A stretch of 64,000 bases of DNA from an uncultured Gammaproteobacteria bacterium (GCA_964537265.1 CAZHZE010000002.1:100861-164860); one strand, 5' to 3'. Positions 18,428 through 29,465 are shown, numbered from the stretch's first letter. Notes: generated from the letters alone by a model not told the origin. Made by a program: numbers and translations.

Positions 18428-19012
18428 ATGGCTAGCATAGATGAACAATTATTAAACGAAAATCAGCAAAGACAAGCAGAGCAAGAATTAAAAAGTCAAA
18501 AAAGAGGAGTTAATAATGAAGCCGAAGATGCAAGCGGATCCGGATCGCTTAGAGAAAGAACTATGCAGGCGCGGCAAGCGTTAAATATAAAAGAAAAAGC
18601 TAAAGAAAAATTGAAAGAAAAGGTGGCGGCGCCGGCGAAAATGGCAACAGGTCGAGCTTTGCAATGGGCCTGGACGACATTAATACCGAGCTTTGGTTTA
18701 AGTTTAATTTATATAAACATGCACGTGTTTTTACGATGGGTTTTTCCTGATGCTTTTTGCAAATTGGGCGAAGAATGGATCCCTAAAACCGTAGCTCCAG
18801 AAAGTAGTAAAAATATAGGCGGTACTGCTTTTGGGATAGTTGAGGTTATGGGGTTGTTACTTTTGGATTTAATATTATTATTTTTTGTTTTAATTATAGT
18901 TAGTTTTATAGTCATGATTATGGGTTGGGTAAAGAATCCTTTAAAAGCAATAGCTGATTTAGGTTGGGGCGCAATCTCATTTTTAAAGCTTTTATTTAGT
19001 AGTTTATTATAA
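18428..19012 (+). CDS. Small membrane protein with a charged N-terminal segment and a C-terminal TM hairpin
   Basis: The 194-aa protein has a C-terminal half with 2-3 hydrophobic helices. It is tightly coupled to the giant-protein gene and the following membrane-protein gene. Confidence 0.5.
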   Translation: MASIDEQLLNENQQRQAEQELKSQKRGVNNEAEDASGSGSLRERTMQARQALNIKEKAKEKLKEKVAAPAKMATGRALQWAWTTLIPSFGLSLIYINMHVFLRWVFPDAFCKLGEEWIPKTVAPESSKNIGGTAFGIVEVMGLLLLDLILLFFVLIIVSFIVMIMGWVKNPLKAIADLGWGAISFLKLLFSSLL

Positions 19013-19014
19013 AA

Positions 19015-21624
19015 ATGAAAGATTTATTTAAGAAAAAATTAATAAAAAATAGTATAAATAAAAAATTTATATTATTAAATACTATAATATTTAGTTTAGT
19101 ATTATTTTTTATTATTGTTTCACCGGCAAAAGCTGATCTCGGTGCAGATGTTGCTAAGGTTGTCGGCTGGATAATTTATCCAATTATAGCTTTTGTCGGC
19201 TGGTTGGCTAGTTTTATAATAGGCACTTTAGTAGAAGTGGCTGGGTTTAGTAAAATAATTGATGCCGATCCAGTAGTAAAAGGCTGGGTGATTGTTAGAG
19301 ATTTATGTAACATGTTTTTTATTTTGATTTTACTAGTTATTGCTTTTGCTACGATTTTAAGGATAGAAAGCTATAATTATAAGAAATTGTTGCCTAAATT
19401 ATTAATAATGGCGGTTTTAATAAATTTCTCTCGAACGATTTGCGGTTTAATAATAGATTTTGCTCAAGTTATAATGCTTACTTTTGTTAATGGGTTTGGC
19501 GCTGGAGCTAATAATTTTGTTAATACCTTAAAAATAAAGGAGTTTTTAGCTTTTAATACTGGTGAAAAGACCCCCCAGGAAGTAACTGGCACATCAATGT
19601 TAGCTTCAATAATAGCCGCTTTAGTTTTTTCTATAATAGTTTTAATAACAGTTATGGTTTTATTGGCAGTACTAGTTATGAGAATTATTATGCTTTGGAT
19701 TTATGTTATTTTATCACCAATCGCTTTTTTGGCCGCGGCTTTTCCGGCCGGGCAAAAATATTCAAGTCAGTGGTGGGGTGAATTTTCTAAACATGTAATA
19801 GTTGGGCCGGTTCTAGCTTTTTTTATTTGGCTGGCTTTATCTACAGCAAAGGGAGCGGGAACTTTAATATCACCAGCCAGTGATTGTAATAGCGCTTTAT
19901 TAATTAGCTTAATGTGTAGCAATACTTTTTCAACCTTTATTATTTCTATTGGTATGTTGATTGGCGGTTTGATGGTTACTCAGCAAATGGGCGGCATGGC
20001 CGCGAGTATTGCGGGTAAAGGAATGGCAGCGGTGCAAAAGGGCGGGGCGTTAATGGCTAAAGGAGGAGTCAAATTGGCTACGGGCGATAATTTTGTTGCT
20101 CGTAAATTTGCCAAAGTTACTGGGTTTGATTGGCGCCCTATAAAATTAGCTGAGTCTTGGAAGGCTAGCCGTGAAACAAATAAAAGAAAAGATGAGACAG
20201 CAATAAGAGAAAAGTCAAAAAAGAATTATGAGGCGGGGGGGTTACGGTCAGTTTTTGCTGGTGCAGGCGTGGGCGAGGATTATTTTAATAGATATACCGA
20301 GGGATTTTTGGGTTATAAGGGTATAGGGCGCGCCGCGAAAGAGATAGCTTATAACCCCTTTAAAAGAAAAAGTTTAGGTAAAGATATTGATGATATTGAA
20401 ACAAAAATTAAAGCAGGAGAAGAACAACTAGTGGGAGTAGGGCCGACCATAGCATATAGAGAGCAAGAAAAATTAAATAGAGATCTAGAATTAAATAATA
20501 TCCGAGAAAAAGAAACGAAGGTTAACGAAAGGTTGGAAGAGTTAGATAATAAGAAAAATTTAACTTCTGATGAAAAAAAGGAGAGACAAATTTTAGAAAA
20601 ACAATCGAAAGATTTATCAAAGCAGTATAATGATAGAACAGATAAAATAAAACAAGAAGCTAGAGAAGAGTTTTTTGCGACATCTGAGGGTAAAAAAATA
20701 GCCGATGTCGAAGCTAATATCAAAATAGATAGAGAAAATTTGCAAAAAGTCAAAGATCAAATAATGAAAGTACAAGCTCCAATGGCTTTTGAGGCGCGTT
20801 CTTTATATCGTAAGGATATAGATGAAGCCAAGAGTAAATATAAGAGTATCACTAACCCAGAGGAGCTTAAAAAAGCTTATGTTGACGCTCAACAAAGAGG
20901 TGATAAGTTTGATCAGATTGCCATTTTAGAAAAATTAACAAATGACGCCAATTTAAATGAAGAATTAAGGGCTAAAGGTTATTCCAGTAGCGCTAAAGGA
21001 TTACATGCTTATGTTTTTAATGATGAAAATGATTTTGGTGAGCATAAAGGCCTAAAAGGTAATTTTTCAGACAAAGAAAGATTGCAAATACAGAATGATT
21101 TAGGTGAAGCGGCGGAAAGAGTTGGTCATTGGGATATGGCTAAAATGGTCGGTATAAATTCTAAGGGAGAAATGAAAAGTTTGGTCAATAAAATATATAA
21201 TTCAGATGGAACTGTAAAAAGAGATGCTCGAGGACGTATACAATATGATGATATGGATCATGCCACAGCTGCTTATGCAGAAGTTATTAAAATGGATCCG
21301 CAGAAAATTGTTAATAGCATGAATCGTTTAGCTATGGGCGGCGAAGATGGGAGTGGTAATTTTCAGATTGCTAGCTTAGGCAAAATGTTATATAAATATT
21401 TAGCCTCGTCCGGGGCTTATGAAAAGAATACTGGAAGAATTTTGGGTAATACCGCTGCCAACCTTACTTCCCCTAATATTATACCGATTTTAGAAAAGTT
21501 AATGGAGAATGATATAGAAAAATCTAATAAAACTATTGCTTTATTAAAAGAGCGCGGTTTAACTAAAGATTCGAGCGTTAAGCCAAGCGAAATGGCGGCT
21601 TGGCTTAGAAAAAGCGGAGCATAG
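19015..21624 (+). CDS. Polytopic membrane protein with a long C-terminal coiled-coil tail; VirB6/TrbL-like topology (tentative)
   Basis: A signal/TM segment is followed by about six TM helices in the first 330 aa, then a Gly/Ala-rich linker, then about 500 aa of charged coiled coil. The architecture resembles TrbL/VirB6-type T4SS channel proteins. The assignment rests on architecture only, and no sequence motif was confirmed. Confidence 0.7.
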   Translation: MKDLFKKKLIKNSINKKFILLNTIIFSLVLFFIIVSPAKADLGADVAKVVGWIIYPIIAFVGWLASFIIGTLVEVAGFSKIIDADPVVKGWVIVRDLCNMFFILILLVIAFATILRIESYNYKKLLPKLLIMAVLINFSRTICGLIIDFAQVIMLTFVNGFGAGANNFVNTLKIKEFLAFNTGEKTPQEVTGTSMLASIIAALVFSIIVLITVMVLLAVLVMRIIMLWIYVILSPIAFLAAAFPAGQKYSSQWWGEFSKHVIVGPVLAFFIWLALSTAKGAGTLISPASDCNSALLISLMCSNTFSTFIISIGMLIGGLMVTQQMGGMAASIAGKGMAAVQKGGALMAKGGVKLATGDNFVARKFAKVTGFDWRPIKLAESWKASRETNKRKDETAIREKSKKNYEAGGLRSVFAGAGVGEDYFNRYTEGFLGYKGIGRAAKEIAYNPFKRKSLGKDIDDIETKIKAGEEQLVGVGPTIAYREQEKLNRDLELNNIREKETKVNERLEELDNKKNLTSDEKKERQILEKQSKDLSKQYNDRTDKIKQEAREEFFATSEGKKIADVEANIKIDRENLQKVKDQIMKVQAPMAFEARSLYRKDIDEAKSKYKSITNPEELKKAYVDAQQRGDKFDQIAILEKLTNDANLNEELRAKGYSSSAKGLHAYVFNDENDFGEHKGLKGNFSDKERLQIQNDLGEAAERVGHWDMAKMVGINSKGEMKSLVNKIYNSDGTVKRDARGRIQYDDMDHATAAYAEVIKMDPQKIVNSMNRLAMGGEDGSGNFQIASLGKMLYKYLASSGAYEKNTGRILGNTAANLTSPNIIPILEKLMENDIEKSNKTIALLKERGLTKDSSVKPSEMAAWLRKSGA

Positions 21625-21671
21625 ATTAAAAATATTTATAATATTAAACTATATTGAATCATTATATTTTT

Positions 21672-22559
21672 ATGAGTCAACAAGTTTTGGAAAAATTAAA
21701 TAATCAGGAAATGATTGAAAAGTTTAATAAAACTATTAGTAATATTATTATTGCCGATTCGATCAGCGAAGCTAAGGAATTAATAGTAGTTTTATTGGAT
21801 ATTTTTTTGCATAATCCTGAGTTTAATAAAATTAATTTTTCTTTATATAAAATTTATTATTATTATTTAGTAGCGATGAAATATGTCGCCATCGTTGACC
21901 TTGAACAAAAAGAAATTATTGAACTTATTAGGGATAACTTTGGTTTTGTTTTAGATTGTCCAGAGTATGATTTAGATCGTAAAATTAATTATAAAATAAG
22001 AACTATAATTGGTTTAGAAAAACGAGATATTTTTAAAAAAGAAGTTCGCCAAGCGCTGTTAGAATGCAATGCTCTACTAGGTAAAAACAAAATATTAATT
22101 AATGGGCAAGAGCAAGCACCTACGGTAGCTAATTGGCTAAAAGATTTTTATATAAAATTTGGTATGGAAAAAGTAGACTCTTTAAAAATAAACGAGTATT
22201 TAGTTAATAGCAATAATATTAAATTTTTATCATCAGAGGAAAAAATGAAATTAAAAAAATTATTAGGTTTTTTTGAAAATATGAAAGTTTCGTCTGTTCT
22301 ATATCCAATGTTTGAAGAGAGTTTTGTCGCTGTTTTACCGAACGGAAAAGTTAGTTTAATGTCTTTTGAAAAAATGGAAGTGATTCCGCCCAATATATTA
22401 AAGCTTTATGAAGAAATTAAAAATATAACTAATTTGGAAAAACAAAATTTTAATGATAGAAATAATATAGATGAATTAAAAAAAATGGTTGCTAATTATT
22501 CTGTTGGCTCTTTCGAGCGTAAAGCGATCGAGGAGGAAATAAAAAAACTGGAATCATAA
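21672..22559 (+). CDS. Hypothetical protein (the ORF track uses an upstream TTG at 21654; the ATG at 21672 is preferred)
   Basis: An open reading frame of about 295 aa in operon-like spacing. No recognised motif. Confidence 0.5.
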   Translation: MSQQVLEKLNNQEMIEKFNKTISNIIIADSISEAKELIVVLLDIFLHNPEFNKINFSLYKIYYYYLVAMKYVAIVDLEQKEIIELIRDNFGFVLDCPEYDLDRKINYKIRTIIGLEKRDIFKKEVRQALLECNALLGKNKILINGQEQAPTVANWLKDFYIKFGMEKVDSLKINEYLVNSNNIKFLSSEEKMKLKKLLGFFENMKVSSVLYPMFEESFVAVLPNGKVSLMSFEKMEVIPPNILKLYEEIKNITNLEKQNFNDRNNIDELKKMVANYSVGSFERKAIEEEIKKLES

Positions 22560-22579
22560 AATAAAAACACAAAATTAAT

Positions 22580-23071
22580 ATGTCCGATTTAATACCAGTA
22601 GAAAAAATAGAAAATAAAATACTATTAATGCGTGGTATAAAAGTTATGCTGGATAGAGATTTAGCTAAGTTATATGGGGTAGAAACAGGTGCTTTGATTC
22701 AGGCTGTAAAGAGAAATAAAAGAAGATTTCCAGGTGATTTTATGTTTCAGCTGATAAAAATGGAAGCTGAATCCTTGGTATCACAAAATGTGATACCATC
22801 AAAAAGAAGTTTCGGTGGACGTATGCCCTATGTTTTTACTGAGCAAGGCGTGGCTATGCTATCTAGTGTATTAAAAAGTGAACGGGCGATTGAAATGAAT
22901 ATTATAATTATGAGAGCGTTCGTTAAAATAAGAAATTTAATTTATTCTTATAAAGATTTGGCGGAAAAAGTAGAAAAAATGGATAAAAAAATCGGTAAAA
23001 TTTTTGAGATATTGGGGCAACTAACATGTCCGGAAAATAATAAAAAAGAGGAAATAGGGTTTAAAGGATAA
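22580..23071 (+). CDS. ORF6N/KilA-N-like DNA-binding domain protein
   Basis: The N-terminal region (IENKILLMRGIKVMLDRDLAKLYGVETGALIQAVKRNKRRFP.DFMFQL) matches the ORF6N domain signature. Confidence 0.7.
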   Translation: MSDLIPVEKIENKILLMRGIKVMLDRDLAKLYGVETGALIQAVKRNKRRFPGDFMFQLIKMEAESLVSQNVIPSKRSFGGRMPYVFTEQGVAMLSSVLKSERAIEMNIIIMRAFVKIRNLIYSYKDLAEKVEKMDKKIGKIFEILGQLTCPENNKKEEIGFKG

Positions 23072-23181
23072 TTTATAAAGTGTGTGAGATTGCCACGCTC
23101 CCGTTGGTCGCTCGCAATGACAAGTTGTATGAATAATAAAAAAATATTATAGTTTGCGGCGCCTTAGCTTATGATAGAATA

Positions 23182-24060
23182 ATGGATTTTCCGGGCAGAT
23201 TTTCCGAGCATATTTTAGCTGAAAAAACGCATATTTTAAATTTATCTTTTACGGTTAAAGGCATTAAAGAAAGTTTTGGCGGCACAGGCGGAAATATCGC
23301 TTATAATTTATCAATGCTCGGGGAGAAGCCAAAATTAATCGCCGTGGTCGGGAAAGATTTTAGTAAATATAAAAATTGGTTGCTTAAAAATAAAATAGAT
23401 ATTAGCGGAGTAAAAATTGTAAAAAATGAATTAACGGCTAATGCCCATATATTAACTGATAAAGACGATAACCAAATCACAACGTTTTATGCTGGTAGTA
23501 AAATTTCGCTTGCTAATATCGTAAAAAATGAAAAAGCGAAATTAGCCATTATCGCCCCAGATATAGTTGCCAGAATGGTAGAATATGCTAAAATATTCAG
23601 ACAAAACAATATACCATATATTTTTGATCCTGGTCAGCAGACCGCCTATTATAGCGTTAAAGAATTAAAAGATTCTATAAAAGGCGCTAAAATGTTGATT
23701 GGCAATGATTATGAAATTCAATTAATTTTAGATAAGTTAAAAATAAAATTAAAACAGCTAATAAAAGTGGCAGAAATTTTAGTAATTACTAAAGGTGGCA
23801 AATGCTCGGAAATATATAATAAAAATAAAAAAATTATTGTACCTACGGCTAAAAAGAAAGTTAGTATTGATACGACTGGTGCCGGCGATGCTTACCGCGC
23901 CGGCTTTATTAAAGGAATGATAATGGATTGGTCGCTAGTAAAATGCGCGCAATTAGCTAGCGTAGTAGCGGCTTATGTAGTAGAAAGCCAGGGAACGCAG
24001 AATCATAAGTTTACTTTAAAAGAAATAAAAAAAAGATATAAAATAAATTATAAAGAATAA
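23182..24060 (+). CDS. PfkB-family carbohydrate/nucleoside kinase, candidate adenosine kinase
   Basis: It has the PfkB motifs (GG.G.N N-terminal, [14 protein letters not shown]-terminal). It sits 1 nt upstream of ahcY. Confidence 0.8.
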   Translation: MDFPGRFSEHILAEKTHILNLSFTVKGIKESFGGTGGNIAYNLSMLGEKPKLIAVVGKDFSKYKNWLLKNKIDISGVKIVKNELTANAHILTDKDDNQITTFYAGSKISLANIVKNEKAKLAIIAPDIVARMVEYAKIFRQNNIPYIFDPGQQTAYYSVKELKDSIKGAKMLIGNDYEIQLILDKLKIKLKQLIKVAEILVITKGGKCSEIYNKNKKIIVPTAKKKVSIDTTGAGDAYRAGFIKGMIMDWSLVKCAQLASVVAAYVVESQGTQNHKFTLKEIKKRYKINYKE

Positions 24061-24061
24061 T

Positions 24062-25318
24062 ATGCAACACGATGTTAAAGATTTAAAATTAAGTATGGGA
24101 GGCAAGAAAAGAATTGAATGGGCAGCGAAAGACATGCCTGTTTTAAATTTGGTTAAAATTAGGTGGACGAAAGAAAAGCCGCTTAAGGGCGTTAAACTCT
24201 CGGCTTGCTTACATGTTACGGCTGAAACTGCTAATTTAGTTCGAACATTAAAAGCCGGCGGAGCGGAAGTTTTACTTTGCGCTTCTAATCCCTTATCAAC
24301 TCAAGATGATGTGGCCGCATCGCTGGTTAAAGATTATGGCATTAAAGTTTTTGCTATTCACGGCGAAGATAAAAATACATATTATTCGCATTTAGCCGCG
24401 GCTTTAAATTTTAAACCTAATATTACCATGGACGATGGCGCTGATTTATTAACCTTGCTCCATACTGAATATAAAAAGCAAGCTAAAAGCATCTGGGGTA
24501 GCATGGAAGAAACTACAACCGGAGTTATTAGGCTTAAAGCTTTAGAGATGTCCGGTAAATTAGAAGTGCCAATTATGGCCGTTAACGACGCTAAAACCAA
24601 AAATATGTTTGATAATCGTTATGGCACCGGTCAGTCTACAATTGATGGCATTATTCGCGCCACGGATATTTTAATTGCGGGAAAAAACGTAGTAGTGGCT
24701 GGTTATGGCTGGTGCGGCCGTGGTTTTGCTAATCGAGCGCGCGGTATGGGAGCCAAAGTTATTGTTACCGAAGTTGATAAAATAAAAGCTTTAGAAGCGG
24801 CCATGGACGGCTTTGAAGTTATGCCCATGAAACAAGCGGCCAAAATTGGAGATTTATTTTGCACTTTAACCGGTGATATTAATGTTATTCGGGGCGAACA
24901 TTTTAAATTAATGAAGCATGGAGCGATAGTTTGCAATTCGGGGCATTTTGACGTGGAAATTAATGTTAAAGAGCTTAAAAAAATATCTACTAAAATAAAT
25001 AAAAATATTAGAAATAATGTTGATGAATATATTTTAAAAGGCAAGTCAATTTATTTATTGGGCGAAGGCAGGCTAATTAATTTAGCCGCCGCCGAAGGCC
25101 ATCCGGCTAGCGTGATGGATATGAGTTTTTCTACCCAAGCTTTAGCTACTGAACATGTGGTTAAGAATTACAAAAAATTAGAAAAGAAAGTTTATAATGT
25201 GCCGGAAAAGATAGAACAATGGATAGCTGATTTAAAGCTAAAAGCCATGAGAGTAGCAGTGGACAAACTCACTAAAGAGCAGGAGAAATATTTAAAAAGT
25301 TGGCAGACAGGAACATAA
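24062..25318 (+). CDS. ahcY: Adenosylhomocysteinase (S-adenosyl-L-homocysteine hydrolase)
   Basis: The 418-aa protein shows the conserved SAHH blocks (ETTTGV, NDAKTK..FDN.YGTGQS, HFD.EI) and an NAD-binding fold. Confidence 0.92.
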   Translation: MQHDVKDLKLSMGGKKRIEWAAKDMPVLNLVKIRWTKEKPLKGVKLSACLHVTAETANLVRTLKAGGAEVLLCASNPLSTQDDVAASLVKDYGIKVFAIHGEDKNTYYSHLAAALNFKPNITMDDGADLLTLLHTEYKKQAKSIWGSMEETTTGVIRLKALEMSGKLEVPIMAVNDAKTKNMFDNRYGTGQSTIDGIIRATDILIAGKNVVVAGYGWCGRGFANRARGMGAKVIVTEVDKIKALEAAMDGFEVMPMKQAAKIGDLFCTLTGDINVIRGEHFKLMKHGAIVCNSGHFDVEINVKELKKISTKINKNIRNNVDEYILKGKSIYLLGEGRLINLAAAEGHPASVMDMSFSTQALATEHVVKNYKKLEKKVYNVPEKIEQWIADLKLKAMRVAVDKLTKEQEKYLKSWQTGT

Positions 25319-25390
25319 GACAAAATTTTAATTAAATGCTTTTATATTTAGATATTAAAAATTAAAAAATTATTAATAATTAAAATATTT

Positions 25391-26560
25391 ATGAAAGAAA
25401 AAAATATAAGATTAATAACTTCGGAATCAGTCACCGAAGGCCATCCAGATAAAGTTTGCGATCAAATCAGCGATGGCATTTATGATGAAATGTTAAAATA
25501 CGATCCTACTAGCCGTAGTGCCGTAGAAACTTTTTGCACTACCGGTTTAGTCGTTGTCGGCGGGGAAGTAACGACTAATGCTTATGTGAATGTTGATAAA
25601 GTCGTTAGAGAAGTTTTAAAAGATATCGGTTACGATAAGCAAGAGTATGGTTTTTGCTGCGATGATGTAGGTGTTTTAGTTTCTATACATGAGCAAAGCC
25701 CAGACATCGCCCAAGGAGTTGATGAAGGCAAAGGCGAACATAAAGAGCAGGGAGCCGGCGATCAAGGCTTAATGCTCGGCTATGCTACCAATGAAACTCC
25801 GGAATATATGCCTTTACCAATAGTATTAGCCCATAAGTTAACTAAAAAATTGGCTGAGGTAAGAAAGAAAAATATTTTGCCTTATTTAAGGCCAGACGGC
25901 AAAAGCCAGGTGACTATTGAATATCATGATGATAAAGCCGTTCGCGCCGAAACAGTAGTAATTGCCGCGCATCATAGTGATAAAGTAAGTTTAAAAAAAT
26001 TAAGAAATGATATTAAGAAAAAAGTAATACAGCCAGTTGTTGGTAAACTATTAGACAGCAAAACAAAATATTTTATTAATGCTACCGGTAAATTTATTTT
26101 TGGCGGCCCGCCGGCTGATACCGGGCTTACGGGCAGAAAAATTATTGTTGATACTTATGGCGGAGTGGTGCCGCACGGCGGAGGGGCTTTTTCCGGAAAA
26201 GATTTAACTAAAGTTGATCGTTCCGGCGCTTATATGGCTAGGTATGCGGCTAAAAATGTGGTGGCGGCTAAATTAGCTGATAAATGTTTGTTGCAAGTCG
26301 CTTACGCTATCGGCGTGGCTGAACCGGTCGGTATTTATATTGATACTTTTGGCACCAATAAAATTTCCGAAAAAAGAATTTTAGAGTTAATAAAAAAACA
26401 TTTTGATTTTCGCCCGAAAAATATTATTAAACATTTAAATTTAAGAAGGCCTATTTACAGAAAAACTGCGGCTTACGGACATTTTGGCAGATCTGATAAA
26501 GATTTTACTTGGGAGGCAATTGATAAAGCTAAAATTTTAAGAAAAGAAGCTAAAATATAA
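25391..26560 (+). CDS. metK: S-adenosylmethionine synthetase
   Basis: The MetK signatures are present ([33 protein letters not shown]) in a 389-aa protein. Confidence 0.95.
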   Translation: MKEKNIRLITSESVTEGHPDKVCDQISDGIYDEMLKYDPTSRSAVETFCTTGLVVVGGEVTTNAYVNVDKVVREVLKDIGYDKQEYGFCCDDVGVLVSIHEQSPDIAQGVDEGKGEHKEQGAGDQGLMLGYATNETPEYMPLPIVLAHKLTKKLAEVRKKNILPYLRPDGKSQVTIEYHDDKAVRAETVVIAAHHSDKVSLKKLRNDIKKKVIQPVVGKLLDSKTKYFINATGKFIFGGPPADTGLTGRKIIVDTYGGVVPHGGGAFSGKDLTKVDRSGAYMARYAAKNVVAAKLADKCLLQVAYAIGVAEPVGIYIDTFGTNKISEKRILELIKKHFDFRPKNIIKHLNLRRPIYRKTAAYGHFGRSDKDFTWEAIDKAKILRKEAKI

Positions 26561-26563
26561 TTT

Positions 26564-27154
26564 ATGTTTTCCGGTATTGTAGAAAAAATGGGTGAACTAA
26601 AAAAAATCGAACATAAGCAAGGAAAAATTTATTTTACTATTGAAGCCGGCGGGTTATTGCGTGGAGTAAAAATAGGTAATAGCATTTCTTGCGACGGAGT
26701 TTGCTTAACGGTTATAAAAAATGTAGGAGGTAAATTTGCCGTGGAGTTAATGCCAGAAACTTTAAGGCTGACAAAATTTAGCCAATCAAAAGTTGGCGAT
26801 TTAATCAATCTGGAAAAATCTTTAAAAGTTGGAGATACGATTGGCGGACATTTTGTTATGGGTCATGTTGATGCAGTTGGTATTATCGCTAAAGTTGTTA
26901 AGCAAGGCGCAGACGCTAGTTTAACAATAAAGGTGCCGAAAAAAATTATAAAATATTTAGCCTACAAAGGCTCAGCATCAATTAACGGTGTTAGCCTTAC
27001 TATTGCTGATGTTAATAAAGATTGTTTTAAAGTTTGTTTGATCGGACATACTTTAAAAATTACTAATCTCGGTCGATTGCGAGTCGGCGATAAAGTTAAT
27101 ATAGAAGTTGATACGATCGCCAGATATCTTGAAACTTTAATGAAAAAATTTTAA
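26564..27154 (+). CDS. ribE: Riboflavin synthase alpha chain
   Basis: It has the MFSGIVE start and two lumazine-binding repeats (SISCDGVCLTV ... SINGVSLTI). Confidence 0.85.
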   Translation: MFSGIVEKMGELKKIEHKQGKIYFTIEAGGLLRGVKIGNSISCDGVCLTVIKNVGGKFAVELMPETLRLTKFSQSKVGDLINLEKSLKVGDTIGGHFVMGHVDAVGIIAKVVKQGADASLTIKVPKKIIKYLAYKGSASINGVSLTIADVNKDCFKVCLIGHTLKITNLGRLRVGDKVNIEVDTIARYLETLMKKF

Positions 27155-27212
27155 AAACTTTTTTAAAATTCACCCCGTTAAATTTTTTTATAGGGGCGTA
27201 ATTGTAAATTTC

Positions 27213-27683
27213 ATGAAAGTATTTAACGGGGTAAAAAATAATAAATTTTCTAAATTGGATGGGAAAAAATTAAAAATTGCCATAGTTCAAGCTAGGTTTA
27301 ATGAAAAAATTACTAATCAATTAACCGAAGGAGCAATACGTGGGTTAAATAATTCAGGCGTTTTAATCGCTAATATAAGCGTATTTAAAGTGCCTGGCGC
27401 TGTTGAAATTCCTCTGTTTTGTCAAAAATTATCCCGAACAAAGAAATATCGTGGTATAATAACCATAGGAGCGGTAGTTAAAGGGCAAACAGCCCATTTT
27501 AAATATATTTCACAAGCGGCAATTAATGGTATTATGCAAGTTATGCTTAATGAAAATTTGCCAATCGCATTAGGTGTTATAACAACTTATAATGAAGCTC
27601 AAGCTAAAGCACGCAGCCGTAAGGATAAATTTAATAAAGGTTATGAAGCGGCCTTGGCCTTAGTAGAGACAATTTTAAAATAA
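27213..27683 (+). CDS. ribH: 6,7-dimethyl-8-ribityllumazine synthase
   Basis: The 156-aa protein shows the RFNE.IT start and the FKVPGA.E.P..C and ITIGAVVKG.T.HF blocks. Confidence 0.9.
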   Translation: MKVFNGVKNNKFSKLDGKKLKIAIVQARFNEKITNQLTEGAIRGLNNSGVLIANISVFKVPGAVEIPLFCQKLSRTKKYRGIITIGAVVKGQTAHFKYISQAAINGIMQVMLNENLPIALGVITTYNEAQAKARSRKDKFNKGYEAALALVETILK

Positions 27684-28028
27684 ATGTTTGTTTTTAGAGC
27701 AAAAGTAATAGCTGGTAGCGGGCGTGGTCATAAAATAGGTTTTCCCACGGCTAATTTAAATAAAATTGAATTACCTTTAGATTATGGAATATATTCAGTA
27801 GCGGTTAATTTAAATAAAAATCAATATCATGGCCTTATGCATTATGGGCCAAAAAAAACTTTTAACGAGCCGGTATCTTGCGAGGTATTTATAAAAAATT
27901 TTAACAGAAATATTTACGGCTATTTATTAAAAATTACTGTTAATAAAAAAATACGTGAAATAAAGAAATTTAAAAACATTGAAAGATTAAAAAAGCAGAT
28001 TGAAAAAGATTTAAGTGAGTTAGAATAA
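27684..28028 (+). CDS. Stand-alone riboflavin kinase (flavokinase) domain protein
   Basis: The GRGHKIGFPTANL motif characteristic of the RibF C-terminal kinase domain is present. The start is adjacent to the ribH stop. Confidence 0.7.
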   Translation: MFVFRAKVIAGSGRGHKIGFPTANLNKIELPLDYGIYSVAVNLNKNQYHGLMHYGPKKTFNEPVSCEVFIKNFNRNIYGYLLKITVNKKIREIKKFKNIERLKKQIEKDLSELE

Positions 28029-28066
28029 GAAAAACAGGGATTATGGTTTATAAATTATGATTTTAA

Positions 28067-28101
28067 ATTCGTAATTCGTAATTCGTAATTCGTAATTGCC
28101 A
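28067..28101. repeat. Tandem 7-mer array ATTCGTA x4 (+ATTGCCA), the reverse complement of the CGAATTA unit, directly upstream of the next start codon
   Basis: Read directly. Confidence 0.85.
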
Positions 28102-28107
28102 ATACCC

Positions 28108-29460
28108 ATGCTTGCTTATCTGGAAAAATTTAATAATTTGCCAGCTGATATAAGAAACAAAGTTTCCGATAGCCGTGCCATGCTTATAATTGAGGAGCTG
28201 GAAAAAAAATATAATGTTAATCTGGCCGCTTTAATTATGAAAGTTGTAGTTAAAGAAATTAATATTAATAATTTAATCGATTATTTTTTAAAAGAAAAAT
28301 TAAATCAAGAACAAGCGCGAGAATTAACGAACGCATTAAAGGAAAAAATTTTTTCTAAACTAGAAGATTATCTTTTGTCTGATAGTCAGAAATCGATTAA
28401 TCAAGGCGTGGATGATATAGTTATTAAAGAGCCGAAAGTTAAAAGTTCTAGTTTTTTCTTTTCTCCTGAAGATGAGGAAGAAATTAGAAATTTAACTCAA
28501 AAAATAATGATCGCCGAGAGCTCAAGCTTAACTCCAAAGTTAATTGATGATAAAATAAAAGAAATTACCAAGCAAGCGCAGATTAATTTTGGTTCAGTTG
28601 AACTGGCTGAGAGATTTGCGCAAATTTTAAAAACTTATTTACGCGGCATTCGAGATAAGCTTGATACCAAAGCAACTTTAATGAAATCTTTTTCCAGCGG
28701 TGGTTTAAGTTTTGATGAAGATTCAGCCCAAAAAGCTATATTATTAGCAGATAAAGTTTTATCCTCAGAACCAGCCAAACCGATAGAACCTCTGCCTAAA
28801 ATTAAATTGCCAGAATCAGAGAAAGCTGATTTTTTAAAACAGCGATCTGTTTCTCGCGATGCAGCTTACGATTTTTCCAAAATAGCGGCCAGAGGAGAAA
28901 AAATAAAACAAGATTTAAGAAAATTAGACACTAAACATGAGCTTGCTCCTTTAACACCTACGGTTAAACCAGCTATAAAGCAAATTGAAAAGCCAAAAGT
29001 TAAAGATGTTAAACCAGCGTCTGCGCCGGCTAAAACAGAAGATCCGGGTACCATGCCTTTAATAAAGAGAAGATTTGAAGCTGAAAATTTAAGCCAAAGT
29101 CAAAAAACAAGAATTGAAGATGTTAAATATGTCCCTAGAGTCATGGGTCCGATGGAAGAAATTAAATATATGGATATTGTTAACTTTCGCAGATTAGACA
29201 AAGATCCTATCAAAGGAGTTGAAAAAATAAAAAATAAAATAAATTTATTAGAAGAAGATTATGGCAAAAAATTGGAAGGCATAAAATTTTGGCGCCAAAG
29301 CCCTATTTATAAATTATATTTAGAAATCGGCAATTCTAGCATTAAAGAAAATAAACCGGTTGATGTTATAATAGAAGCAAGAAGAATGGCGGGTTTAGAT
29401 TATTTATCTGAAAATGAATTTAAAGCAATTATGGATTTAAATAAAAGTTTAAGATTTTAA
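28108..29460 (+). CDS. Hypothetical protein (ATG at 28108 preferred over the TTG at 28096 used by the ORF track)
   Basis: An open frame of about 450 aa. It is charged/Lys-rich with no recognised domain. Confidence 0.5.
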   Translation: MLAYLEKFNNLPADIRNKVSDSRAMLIIEELEKKYNVNLAALIMKVVVKEININNLIDYFLKEKLNQEQARELTNALKEKIFSKLEDYLLSDSQKSINQGVDDIVIKEPKVKSSSFFFSPEDEEEIRNLTQKIMIAESSSLTPKLIDDKIKEITKQAQINFGSVELAERFAQILKTYLRGIRDKLDTKATLMKSFSSGGLSFDEDSAQKAILLADKVLSSEPAKPIEPLPKIKLPESEKADFLKQRSVSRDAAYDFSKIAARGEKIKQDLRKLDTKHELAPLTPTVKPAIKQIEKPKVKDVKPASAPAKTEDPGTMPLIKRRFEAENLSQSQKTRIEDVKYVPRVMGPMEEIKYMDIVNFRRLDKDPIKGVEKIKNKINLLEEDYGKKLEGIKFWRQSPIYKLYLEIGNSSIKENKPVDVIIEARRMAGLDYLSENEFKAIMDLNKSLRF

Positions 29461-29465
29461 TATAT

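Noticed and set aside
23072-23181. Small GC-rich hairpin cluster after the ORF6N gene as a possible sRNA
   Set aside because: Only partial complementarity (attgc...gcaat with imperfect interior) and no T-tract. This is too weak to call.
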